Shown piece after piece: positions 15,959 to 23,254 of a stretch of 48,091 nucleotides of DNA. This DNA comes from Candidatus Deferrimicrobiaceae bacterium. GTDB taxonomy: Bacteria; Desulfobacterota; Deferrimicrobia; Deferrimicrobiales; Deferrimicrobiaceae. The stretch is from positions 1 to 48,091 of the forward strand of contig JBAULH010000008.1 in NCBI GenBank assembly GCA_049578085.1, read 5' to 3'. Each line of letters begins with the position of its first letter. The stretch's first letter is position 1. The notes beneath the pieces are model-generated. The model ran no database searches. It was not told the origin of the DNA and worked only from the letters and a program-made list of their open reading frames with translations. The translations under genes and the position numbers were made by a program.

Positions 15959-16750
15959 TCAGTGCGCCTCCAGTTTCCGCGAGAAATCGTCATCCTCCCC
16001 GATGTACGCCCGTATGACGTGCGGATCGTTGGCCACCTGCGCGGGTTCGCCCTCCGCGATCTTCACACCGAAGTCGAGGACGCTCACCCGGTGGCTGATG
16101 TCCATCACGACGCTCAAGTCGTGCTCGATGAGAATGATGGTGACCCCCCTCTCCTCGTTGATGTCGAGGATAAACCGGGCCATGTCCTCCTTCTCCTCGA
16201 GGTTCATCCCGGCCATCGGTTCGTCGAGCAGGAGGAGCTTGGGCATAAGAGAAAGGGCGCGGGCAAGTTCGACCCGTTTTCGCAGGCCGTACGGAAGGGT
16301 TCCGACCGGTTTTTTTCGGATGTTCTCGATCTCGAGGAAATCGACGATGTCCTCGACGATCTTCCGGTTCTCGATCTCCTCCTTGCGGGCGGGCCCGAGA
16401 TAGATCCCCCCGAAGAAAACGCCACGCTTCAGGAACAGGTGCCTTCCCAGCATGAGGTTGTCGAGCACGGTCATGTGATGGAAAAGGGCGATGTTCTGGA
16501 ACGTCCTCGCGATGCCGAGGCGGGCGATCTGGTGCGGATTCATCCCGGTGACCTTCCGGTCCTCGAAGTACACGGAGCCCCGCTGGGGCCGGTAGACGCA
16601 GGAGATGCAGTTGAACACCGAGGTCTTCCCCGCGCCGTTCGGCCCGATGATCGCGTGGATCCGTCCCCGTCCGACCTCGATGGAGACGCCGTTAATCGCC
16701 TTCACGCCCCCGAACGCGAGGTGAACGTCGTCTATCCTGAGCAGTGGCAC
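15959..16750 (-). CDS. livG: Liv-type ABC transporter ATP-binding protein, LivG-like
   Basis: 263-aa ORF with a GTG start at 16750 and GGGGGGA upstream. It has Walker A (GPNGAGKTS) and Walker B (LLLLDEPMAG). Confidence 0.9.
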   Translation of the reverse strand: MPLLRIDDVHLAFGGVKAINGVSIEVGRGRIHAIIGPNGAGKTSVFNCISCVYRPQRGSVYFEDRKVTGMNPHQIARLGIARTFQNIALFHHMTVLDNLMLGRHLFLKRGVFFGGIYLGPARKEEIENRKIVEDIVDFLEIENIRKKPVGTLPYGLRKRVELARALSLMPKLLLLDEPMAGMNLEEKEDMARFILDINEERGVTIILIEHDLSVVMDISHRVSVLDFGVKIAEGEPAQVANDPHVIRAYIGEDDDFSRKLEAH

Positions 16751-17035
16751 CCGGATTCCCCCCGGAATAATCTACGTAGGATACCGCAATCGACCCGCGA
16801 CATATCAAACAATGTTCTTCCCCAATGCTGAAATCGATACACGAGCAATGTCGGGCAATTATCCGAACGAGAGCTTCCGGCATCTCGCCGACCCGCTTCG
16901 CCTGTCCGGAAAATCCGGCCCCCGACGTCAAACAGAGGGTTTTTTTATTCTGGTCATATTACCAAACGGCAGGGCCGAAACAAGTCGAAACGGACGTTTT
17001 AAAAAACCATCCCCCGTCCCTGCCTGGCCCCTCCA

Positions 17036-17065
17036 TTGATTTCCCAGGATCCCCTATTGTATTAT
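17036..17065 (+). promoter_or_regulatory. candidate sigma-70 promoter (TTGATT-N18-TATTAT)
   Basis: The -35 is at 17036-17041 and the -10 at 17060-17065. The predicted start, about 7 nt downstream, falls on the A of the ATG at 17072. Confidence 0.3.
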
Positions 17066-17071
17066 AACGAC

Positions 17072-17164
17072 ATGCATACGGCTGCCCTCATCCCGACCGC
17101 CTTCCTCGTCCCCGGTTCGGTTGCGATCATCCTGACCGTCTACATGTCCGGTAATGAAACCTAA
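17072..17164 (+). CDS. candidate 30-aa hydrophobic small protein, possibly leaderless
   Basis: It encodes MHTAALIPTAFLVPGSVAIILTVYMSGNET* and is below the ORF-track cut-off. Third codon positions are about 75% G/C, like the real genes here. Its stop overlaps the DUF4124 start by 11 nt, and neither ATG has an SD. Confidence 0.3.
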   Translation: MHTAALIPTAFLVPGSVAIILTVYMSGNET

Positions 17165-17726
17165 ACTGTCACGATTCCCGCTGCCCCGTCGCCTTCGGTG
17201 GTCGCTCGCCGTCCTGGGAGGGGCCGTTGCCTGTATCCTCCTTCTGTCCCACGCCGCTCCCTCCCGCGCCGACATCTACCAGTGGAAAGACGGCCAAGGG
17301 ACGGTGCACTTCACGGACGACGTAACGAACATCCCATCCCAGTACCGGAAGAGCTCGACCCTCCTGATCCGTGAGGCTCCCTCCTCCATATCCCCGCCGC
17401 AGGCCTCGCCTCCCCCCGGAGGACCACAGGCCCCGCGTTCCGACAGCGTCCGGGGCACCGTGAGCACGGAAAAGGAAGAGGCGCTCTCCGCCGAGCAGCA
17501 AAAGGAGGAACTGGTTTCCCAGGTGGAGCAACAGCGGGCGAAGATCGCCGCCAAGGAGCAGCACATACGGGCCGTCGACGCGAAACGGTCCCTCGCCATA
17601 AACCCCCTGCGGAACCGGTTTGTCGATCCGGCGGACATGGACCTTTATAAGAAGTACCAGGACGAACTCCCGGCCGACAAGGAACAACTGAAAGAACTCG
17701 AATCCCGCCTCGAATCAATCAAATAA
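17154..17726 (+). CDS. DUF4124-domain secreted protein with a coiled-coil C-terminus
   Basis: 190 aa with a signal peptide (WSLAVLGGAVACILLLSHAAPSRA), followed by the DUF4124 signature DIYQWKDGQGTVHFTDD. Confidence 0.8.
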   Translation: MKPKLSRFPLPRRLRWSLAVLGGAVACILLLSHAAPSRADIYQWKDGQGTVHFTDDVTNIPSQYRKSSTLLIREAPSSISPPQASPPPGGPQAPRSDSVRGTVSTEKEEALSAEQQKEELVSQVEQQRAKIAAKEQHIRAVDAKRSLAINPLRNRFVDPADMDLYKKYQDELPADKEQLKELESRLESIK

Positions 17727-18624
17727 CGTCGAAATCCTCAGGTACGGGAGAAAACACCGCCATCCGCTCCCGCTTTCCCGGGTGGAGAAACGCAACTTCC
17801 GCCGCGTGCAGCATCAGTCTTCTCTTTCCCGCCCCCTCCGGAGGCACCGCCGCGTATTTCCTGTCCCCGACCACCGGGAAGCCGGCCGCCGCCAGATGCG
17901 CCCGGATCTGGTGACGTTTCCCCCGGGAGATCTCCGCTCTGACAAGCGTCACGGAACCGTCTCCCCGCACAGGCCTTACGGTCGTCCAACGCACCGGGTC
18001 CGGATCCCGGAACCCCTTTCTCACTCTCACGGTTTCTCCCCCTTCGGCGTCGATCCGGTAGGACAGGGTCATCTCCTTCCCGATCGCTCCGGTAACAAGG
18101 CAGTAATAGGTCTTGCGTATCTCCCCCTTCTCACGTTCCCGGGAGAGAAAATCGAGTGCCTCTTTCGTCAACGCCGCGGGAACGACGCCGCTGGTTGCGT
18201 AATCAAGCCTTGTCAGGAGAGTGAGGCCGGGCAGGGAGGACACCGTTGTCACGGAGGGAAATCGTAAGCGCAGGTAGCCGGCGAGTGTCCCCTTCTCCCC
18301 CGGCCTGTGGGGCTCGGTGTGGACGTCGGGTGGCTTTTCCAGCACAGCCACCCAGTCGTCCGAAAACAGAACGGAGGCCCCCGGGAGATCGCCCGGCGCG
18401 GGCAGCCAGTCCAGCGCGTCGGCGATCCGCAAAACAGCCACCTCCTGCCCCGGAGCAAGGGATTGCCCTTTTCTCCCCTTTCTCCCGTCCACGCGCACCT
18501 CGCCCGCTTCGATCGCGAAACGGACGCTTCGGGATGGCAACCCCGGGAGCCGGGTCCGGAGAAACCGGTCCAGCCGGGTCCCGCTCTCGCGCTCTTCCAC
18601 CGTCAGGAGTATTTCTTCACGCAC
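17719..18624 (-). CDS. RluA-family (RluD/RluC-like) 23S rRNA pseudouridine synthase
   Basis: It has an S4-like N-terminus (GTRLDRFL), the catalytic motif TRLDYATSG and HQIRAHLAAAGFPVVGDRKY. I prefer the GTG at 18624 (VREEILLTVEE...). The track start at 18684 is a TTG lying upstream of a TACAAT -10 candidate (18663-18658). Confidence 0.85.
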   Translation of the reverse strand: MREEILLTVEERESGTRLDRFLRTRLPGLPSRSVRFAIEAGEVRVDGRKGRKGQSLAPGQEVAVLRIADALDWLPAPGDLPGASVLFSDDWVAVLEKPPDVHTEPHRPGEKGTLAGYLRLRFPSVTTVSSLPGLTLLTRLDYATSGVVPAALTKEALDFLSREREKGEIRKTYYCLVTGAIGKEMTLSYRIDAEGGETVRVRKGFRDPDPVRWTTVRPVRGDGSVTLVRAEISRGKRHQIRAHLAAAGFPVVGDRKYAAVPPEGAGKRRLMLHAAEVAFLHPGKRERMAVFSPVPEDFDVI

Positions 18625-18700
18625 TGTGCCCGTCCCGTATCGATCCTGTCTATTTCTATTGTATGCACCCGGGCAGGCGCGCAAAGGGATTAGCTTTCGT

Positions 18701-18727
18701 TTGACAATAGGGGAAAAATCGTATACT
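18701..18727 (+). promoter_or_regulatory. orphan sigma-70-like promoter on the plus strand
   Basis: TTGACA (18701-18706, perfect), a 15-nt spacer (short), then TATACT (18722-18727). It overlaps the 10-bp palindrome CTGTATACAG (18726-18735). Confidence 0.4.
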
Positions 18728-18734
18728 GTATACA

Positions 18735-18897
18735 GAACAACAAAAGTCGTGGATCAAAGTCCCGGCTTTTTTACGCGCGCACTGGTCAAACACCAGGCGG
18801 GGGATCCTCTTCTCCTAACACCGAAGCCCCGGAGAGTCTCCCCCCTCATCCGCGCGCCGCGCCCGGCCAGCCCCCCCCGGAGGCCGGGCGTTTTTTT
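18735..18897 (+). ncRNA. candidate small RNA of about 160 nt (family not recognised)
   Basis: It is bounded by the promoter-like element above and a plus-strand intrinsic terminator. There is no credible ORF: no ATG, and only a spurious 320-aa GC-shadow frame crosses it. It contains an internal hairpin CTGGT caaac ACCAG. Confidence 0.3.
18860..18897 (+). terminator. Rho-independent terminator, plus-strand oriented
   Basis: A 9-bp G/C stem CGCCCGGCC ... GGCCGGGCG is followed by T7 (18891-18897). On the minus strand the run is A7 before the stem, so it is not the cyclophilin gene's terminator. Confidence 0.6.
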
Positions 18898-18903
18898 CTC
18901 CCG

Positions 18904-19461
18904 CTATTTAACGACCGTCGCACGGAGGATCGTGACGGCCTCTTTCGGTACGTCCTCGAACATCGAGACGCGCCCCGTGGGAACGGCCCGGATCTTGTCC
19001 ACTATCTCCATCCCCTCGACCACCTTGCCGAACACCGCGTACCCGAATCCCCGCGGGGTATTGTCGACATGGTTCAGGAAATCGTTGTTCACCACGTTGA
19101 TGAAGAATTGCGCAGTGGCGGAGTCGACCACCCCGGTCCGCGCCATCGCGATCGTCCCCCGGTCGTTCTTCAACCCGTTTCCGGCCTCGTTCTTGATGGG
19201 CGGATGGGCGGGCCGCTTCTCCCGCATCTCCTTGGTGAATCCTCCCCCCTGGATCATGAATCCCCGGATCACCCGGTGAAAAATCAGCCCGTCGTAATGC
19301 CCTCCTTCCACATAGGAAAGAAAATTTTTCACGCTGATCGGCGCTTCTTTCGGGTTCATTTCGACCTTGATGTTTCCCATGCTCGTTTCCAGCAGGACCA
19401 CGGGGTTTCCTCCTCTGGGAGCGGTATCCGCCCCGTAGGCGAACCCGCAGGATAAAATCAT
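18904..19461 (-). CDS. cyclophilin-type peptidyl-prolyl cis-trans isomerase, 5' end severed by IS insertion
   Basis: The catalytic core is intact ([15 protein letters not shown]...GTIAMARTG...[10 protein letters not shown]). The present ORF begins [11 protein letters not shown], which is the middle of a signal peptide, and its ATG lies inside the 8-bp target duplication. Confidence 0.88.
   Translation of the reverse strand: MILSCGFAYGADTAPRGGNPVVLLETSMGNIKVEMNPKEAPISVKNFLSYVEGGHYDGLIFHRVIRGFMIQGGGFTKEMREKRPAHPPIKNEAGNGLKNDRGTIAMARTGVVDSATAQFFINVVNNDFLNHVDNTPRGFGYAVFGKVVEGMEIVDKIRAVPTGRVSMFEDVPKEAVTILRATVVK
19454..19461. repeat. target-site duplication, left copy (AAAATCAT)
   Basis: Identical to the 8-mer at 20360-20367 that flanks the other IS end. 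Confidence 0.85.
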
Positions 19462-20359
19462 GGTGATTGATTACGTTTTGGCACCAACGATAGGATGGTG
19501 CCATGGACCTAACCACCTATGAACGTTTGGTAAAATCAGAAAATGCAGCGCGAAAATATCTGCTGGGATTTTGCTTTGGAAACCATCAGCGGTTTTGCCC
19601 CCGGTGCGGGACTCGAAAACTCTACCGGCTGGCGGATGATCGACGCCGTTGTGCCTCATGCCGCTACACCTTTCAGGACTTCTCCGGCCGCTGGATCAAC
19701 CGGGGGAATCTTACCGCCGGACAGTGGCTGCGTTTCATCAAGCTCTTCGAGCTGGAACTCTCCGTCCGGAAGATCGCTCAGCAGCTTCGGCTCTCCTACA
19801 ATGCGGCATATAACGCCGCCCACACGATCCGTTCCGCCATCCTGGCCCATTCCGCCGATGGCGATCTGTTCCTGGGCGGCGAAGTCGAGGTGGACGAATC
19901 GTATTTTGGCGGGAAGCGAAAGGGGAAACGGGGAAGGGGAGCCGCCGGCAAAGTCCCTGTTTTCGGTATTCTGGAGCGGGAGGGACGAGTCTTCGTGGAA
20001 GTGGTTCCCACCACCCGAGCAAAAGATGTGCTCGCCCTCACCGTCAAGAAGGTTCGCAGGGGCAGCATCGTCTACACCGACCGATACAAGGTCTACGACG
20101 CGCTCATGTTCTGCGGCTATCGACACCTTCGCGTGGACCACGGGAAATACTTCTCCCGCGGCCGGGTATACATCAACGGGCTGGAGGGCTTCTGGAGTTA
20201 TGCCAAGGAACGCATCATGAAATACCATGGCGTCTCCCCGGAAAGGTTCCCTTTCTACCTTAAGGAACTGGAGTTCCGATACAATCATCGCAAGGAGGAC
20301 CTCTTCCCGTTGATCACGAAGTGCCTGTGCAATCTGGTGCCAAAACGGGACTAATCACC
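19462..20359 (+). mobile_element. IS1595-family insertion sequence, 898 bp, apparently intact
   Basis: Terminal inverted repeats are GGTGATTGATTACGTTTTGGCACC (19462-19485) and GGTGCCAAAACGGGACTAATCACC (20336-20359), matching at 20 of 24 positions. It has a single transposase ORF and is flanked by an 8-bp direct repeat. Confidence 0.88.
19503..20354 (+). CDS. IS1595-family DDE transposase
   Basis: 283 aa with an N-terminal zinc ribbon (CPRCG...CASCRY) and the DDE_Tnp_IS1595-type core (VEVDESYFGG..., IVYTDRYKVYD, GLEGFWSYAKERI). Confidence 0.88.
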   Translation: MDLTTYERLVKSENAARKYLLGFCFGNHQRFCPRCGTRKLYRLADDRRRCASCRYTFQDFSGRWINRGNLTAGQWLRFIKLFELELSVRKIAQQLRLSYNAAYNAAHTIRSAILAHSADGDLFLGGEVEVDESYFGGKRKGKRGRGAAGKVPVFGILEREGRVFVEVVPTTRAKDVLALTVKKVRRGSIVYTDRYKVYDALMFCGYRHLRVDHGKYFSRGRVYINGLEGFWSYAKERIMKYHGVSPERFPFYLKELEFRYNHRKEDLFPLITKCLCNLVPKRD

Positions 20360-20367
20360 AAAATCAT
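20360..20367. repeat. target-site duplication, right copy (AAAATCAT)
   Basis: See the left copy at 19454-19461. Confidence 0.85.
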
Positions 20368-20394
20368 TACTGCGGCGACAAGGATCTTGCGCAA
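20368..20394 (-). pseudogene. orphaned 5' end of the cyclophilin gene (TTG start plus 8 codons)
   Basis: The minus strand reads GGGGGTGGTTCG TTG CGC AAG ATC CTT GTC GCC GCA GTA. Joining it to one TSD copy restores M(TTG)[23 protein letters not shown], a complete Sec-type signal peptide. Confidence 0.7.
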
Positions 20395-20477
20395 CGAACC
20401 ACCCCCGCCTACGGAATTTGGAATTCTTTATTGTAGGGACTTTTCGAAAAAAGAGGAAAGAAAAGGAAGGGGGCGGC

Positions 20478-20498
20478 CCGGGAAAGGATTCTTCCCGG
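20478..20498 (-). terminator. candidate terminator hairpin after the 129-aa secreted protein gene
   Basis: On the minus strand: CCGGGAA gaatcct TTCCCGG, then a 10-nt GC spacer and a T-rich tract (ttccttttctttcctctttttt). The spacing is non-canonical. Confidence 0.3.
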
Positions 20499-20537
20499 TA
20501 CCACCCCCGTACAGAGAGACTGGCTTTCGGCTCCTGG

Positions 20538-20927
20538 CTAATTCATCTGCAGATTGCTCGGGGCCGCCGGAGTCTTGGGCGTCGCCGCCGGCACAGCCCA
20601 GGACATGGCTGAAGAATATGCGGAATTGATGCCGGCTACCGTGGCTCTGGATCTGAAGTAGATCGTCTGGCCGCGCGGCATGCTCTCGGTGTCCACATTG
20701 AAGGTTCTCGACGTCGAGCTGTTGGCCGCCCCGAAGGAATTGAGGCCCGACGTGCCGGAGCTCGTCGACCAGAATGCCTGGTACGTCACCGCCGTGCTTC
20801 CGATCGAGGTCCCGTCGGTGTACGTGGTTACGGCGTTCCATGAAAGAGTTTCCGCCTGCGCAACGACAGCCGTCACCCCGATGGCCAGCAGGAAGACGAA
20901 CACCATGGTGATGAGTTTTCTTCGCAT
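20538..20927 (-). CDS. small secreted Fn3-like protein
   Basis: 129 aa, preceded by AAGGAGGAAAC ATG. It has a signal peptide (MVFVFLLAIGVTAVVAQA), then LSWNAVTTYTDGTSI...VTYQAFWSTSSG...TIYFRSRATVAGINSAYSSAMSW, the W-x-x-P/V-T-T-Y-x-D-G Fn3-like pattern. Confidence 0.75.
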   Translation of the reverse strand: MRRKLITMVFVFLLAIGVTAVVAQAETLSWNAVTTYTDGTSIGSTAVTYQAFWSTSSGTSGLNSFGAANSSTSRTFNVDTESMPRGQTIYFRSRATVAGINSAYSSAMSWAVPAATPKTPAAPSNLQMN

Positions 20928-20946
20928 GTTTCCTCCTTGCAGTGAT

Positions 20947-21411
20947 TTAGGAAAGCTGGTTCAGGTTCCAGTAAATGGGTTGCGAAAAATCCGATTTTTG
21001 ACCATTCATCCCGACCGCCCGGATGGAGAGGTAACCGCTCAGTCCCGGGGGGACAAACGGCATGAGATTCTCCAGATCGAAATCCGTCGTCAGGCTCGGC
21101 AGATAGACATGTCCGTCGGGGGACAGGATATCCACGCAGGCCGCCACCTGGGCCACCGGCAGGTCGTTGTCGGTGAAATTCATGTCGGCCCGGATGAAAA
21201 ACTCGTAGTAATCAAGATCCAGGTACGGGTCCAGTGGGCTGCTGTCTTCGTAGGTCTGCGGCGGGTCCCAGGCGAGAAAACTTACCGGACCCGAAGGACC
21301 GGAAGGCACGGATGCCACGCTGGTCTCCTCGACTCCTCCGCATCCCGCAAGAAGCATGCTTCCCGCAAGGAGCAGGCAAACGAGGACGGGGACGATCGAT
21401 CGGTTTGCCAT
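20947..21411 (-). CDS. Fn3-like lipoprotein (paralogue of the downstream gene)
   Basis: 154 aa, preceded by GGAGGAGGA ATG. It has a lipobox (LLAGC), then LAWDPPQTYEDSSPLDP...YYEFFIRAD...YLSIRAVGMNGQKSDFSQPIYW. Confidence 0.75.
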   Translation of the reverse strand: MANRSIVPVLVCLLLAGSMLLAGCGGVEETSVASVPSGPSGPVSFLAWDPPQTYEDSSPLDPYLDLDYYEFFIRADMNFTDNDLPVAQVAACVDILSPDGHVYLPSLTTDFDLENLMPFVPPGLSGYLSIRAVGMNGQKSDFSQPIYWNLNQLS

Positions 21412-21466
21412 TCCTCCTCCTACTCAGTAATAATTCCGGCACTGGCCGATGGTAGTAGGGGTCCAT

Positions 21467-21482
21467 CACAAGATGCGTGCCT
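21467..21482 (-). promoter_or_regulatory. sigma-54-like promoter candidate upstream of the Fn3-like gene pair
   Basis: The minus strand reads cAGGCACGcatcTTGTGa. The -24 element is good and the spacing is correct, but the -12 is GT rather than GC. It lies about 57 nt upstream of the ATG at 21411. Confidence 0.25.
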
Positions 21483-21664
21483 GAATATTGCATGTCCGGA
21501 CTGCCGCGCAGGGAGGGATTAATGCATGGAACTTATGGGGAAAAGAAGGCGACTATTGAAAAATAAGAACGATTTTTGATTAATTTTCCCGGCAGAAGTG
21601 CTCAGAATCGTAACTCCGATTTCGAATCGGAAAGTTCCGGGCGACGCGTGCGCGGAAAACTTCC

Positions 21665-22378
21665 TTACTGTAGAAGCGGGGAGGAAAGGTGAATTTCCGT
21701 TTTGATCGGGCCCCGCTCGCGGGAGGGTCGTATCGCCGAAACGAGGAGGCGGGTCACGGGTCCCTTGGGGTCCCTGCCGTATGCCGCCCGGAAATCCTCC
21801 TTGAGATCCCGGGACACGTGGATTCTTTTCCCCAGCTCCTCCTCGCCGCCCAAAAGGAATACCGTCTCTTCCTCCCCCAGGCGGTACATCGACCCCACAG
21901 GAGCATCGCTGCCGAAGGCGAAGGTCAGCCGGATCCCTCCGGGGGAGAAGCCGCTCCAGATGCCCCGGAAGAAATCCCCCATCCGTTTCTTCCACGGAAG
22001 GTCTACGGAGTCCTTTCCGAACACGACCGTTACCGACACGGGAAAATGCGCCTTGTACCGGTCGTAGTCCCGGGAGGTTCCGTTCCTTCCGGAGGATACC
22101 ATTTCGATCACCAAAGCGTCCCCGGGGGAAAGGGTCTTGTTCACCTTCTTTTCCCAGAGTACGCCCGTCCCCGGGGGCAGGACGACATCCGCTCGGAAGC
22201 TGTCGCCTCCCGCCTCCACCTTCCTCTCGGGCAAAGAGTTCCATCGTCCCGGGGTGCTCTCCTCCCAGCCCGCCTTCCTCGCCTCTTCTACCCCTTCCGC
22301 CCGAAGGAAGGAGGGGGGAAGAAGCAGGAGCATTGCCGCAAGAGATACCAAAACAGGACGAAGGCTATGCTTCCTCAT
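21665..22378 (-). CDS. secreted hypothetical protein (possibly DUF3047-like; family uncertain)
   Basis: I chose the start at ATG 22378 (MRKHSLRPVLVSLAAMLLLLPPSFLRA signal peptide, GGAGGAGGA upstream). The track ORF adds 35 non-hydrophobic codons that overlap the cinA-like gene. Confidence 0.65.
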   Translation of the reverse strand: MRKHSLRPVLVSLAAMLLLLPPSFLRAEGVEEARKAGWEESTPGRWNSLPERKVEAGGDSFRADVVLPPGTGVLWEKKVNKTLSPGDALVIEMVSSGRNGTSRDYDRYKAHFPVSVTVVFGKDSVDLPWKKRMGDFFRGIWSGFSPGGIRLTFAFGSDAPVGSMYRLGEEETVFLLGGEEELGKRIHVSRDLKEDFRAAYGRDPKGPVTRLLVSAIRPSRERGPIKTEIHLSSPLLQ

Positions 22379-23123
22379 CGGTTCCCCTATCCTCCTCCCG
22401 ACGGGAAATCTCCATTCCCGCTGCCCGCATCCGCTTGGTGAAATAGTCCGCAGATGACGACGCCCGCGGGAACTCCTCGGCACGGAATACGACCCGGACC
22501 CGGTACTCCCCTTCCAGGATGGGGTAGGAGCCGATGGTCACTCCCGGGAAACCGGCGATCGTCTCCCGCATGATCGATGCATAGGAGGACTCGGGTGCCT
22601 GGCTGTACAGGGTCACCCGGGAATTTCTCTTGCCTTCCACGAGGGGCTTGAGCCAAATAAACATCTCGTGGAGCATCCGGGGGATTCCGGGAAAGACGGC
22701 CATCCGCCCCACGAAAAACCCGGGAGCGCCGCTAACCGGATTGGGGATGAGAACCGCACCTTCCGGGACCTGCGCCATCACGATCCTGTTGCTGTCCACC
22801 TGTCCGCCGTAGTACGCCTCGAGACGGGCTTTCGCCTCCGGGTGGACGACGAGCGGCACCCCGGCGACGGCCGCCACGGCCTCCCGCGTGATGTCGTCCG
22901 GCGTGGGGCCGATTCCGCCCGTCAGGATCAGCAGATCGACTTCGGAAAGGTACGAGCGCAGGTGACGCACAACGGTCGGCACGTCGTCGGGGAGAATGGC
23001 GCAAAGCACCACCTCCGCCCCCCACCGGTTGAGAACGGGCAGCATGTAGGCGATGTTGCTCTCCCGGATCTCGGCCTTGAGCACCTCGTCGCCGAGAATC
23101 ACGATGCCGACCTTCTTCGCCAT
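22365..23123 (-). CDS. CinA-like / MoCF-biosynthesis (molybdopterin-binding) domain protein
   Basis: I chose the start at ATG 23123 (MAKKVGIVILGDEVL...). The motif LLILTGGIGPTPDDITREA is typical of the MoaB/MogA/CinA N-terminal domain. Confidence 0.8.
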   Translation of the reverse strand: MAKKVGIVILGDEVLKAEIRESNIAYMLPVLNRWGAEVVLCAILPDDVPTVVRHLRSYLSEVDLLILTGGIGPTPDDITREAVAAVAGVPLVVHPEAKARLEAYYGGQVDSNRIVMAQVPEGAVLIPNPVSGAPGFFVGRMAVFPGIPRMLHEMFIWLKPLVEGKRNSRVTLYSQAPESSYASIMRETIAGFPGVTIGSYPILEGEYRVRVVFRAEEFPRASSSADYFTKRMRAAGMEISRREEDRGTDEEA

Positions 23124-23188
23124 TCCCTCACGCCTGATAAATTCCCGTAAAAACCGGTTCATTGTACAAAATGCGGGGGGAAAAAGCA

Positions 23189-23218
23189 TTGACATTGAGC
23201 GGGACGAATCAGTAACGT
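23189..23218 (+). promoter_or_regulatory. candidate sigma-70 promoter for purMN
   Basis: TTGACA (23189-23194, perfect), an 18-nt spacer, then TAACGT (23213-23218). It lies about 37 nt upstream of the GTG start. Confidence 0.3.
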
Positions 23219-23254
23219 GGGGGTGCATTCTGGGGTCGTTCGAGGGGAAAAATC

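Noticed and set aside
18317-19279. A 320-aa plus-strand ORF spanning the rluA/cyclophilin spacer.
   Set aside because: It runs antisense to both flanking genes and passes straight through the terminator hairpin. Its composition is Pro/Arg/Ser-rich. The spacer is better explained as non-coding.
19656-20288. A 210-aa minus-strand ORF inside the IS element.
   Set aside because: It runs antisense to the transposase gene, has no motif, and IS1595 elements carry a single ORF.
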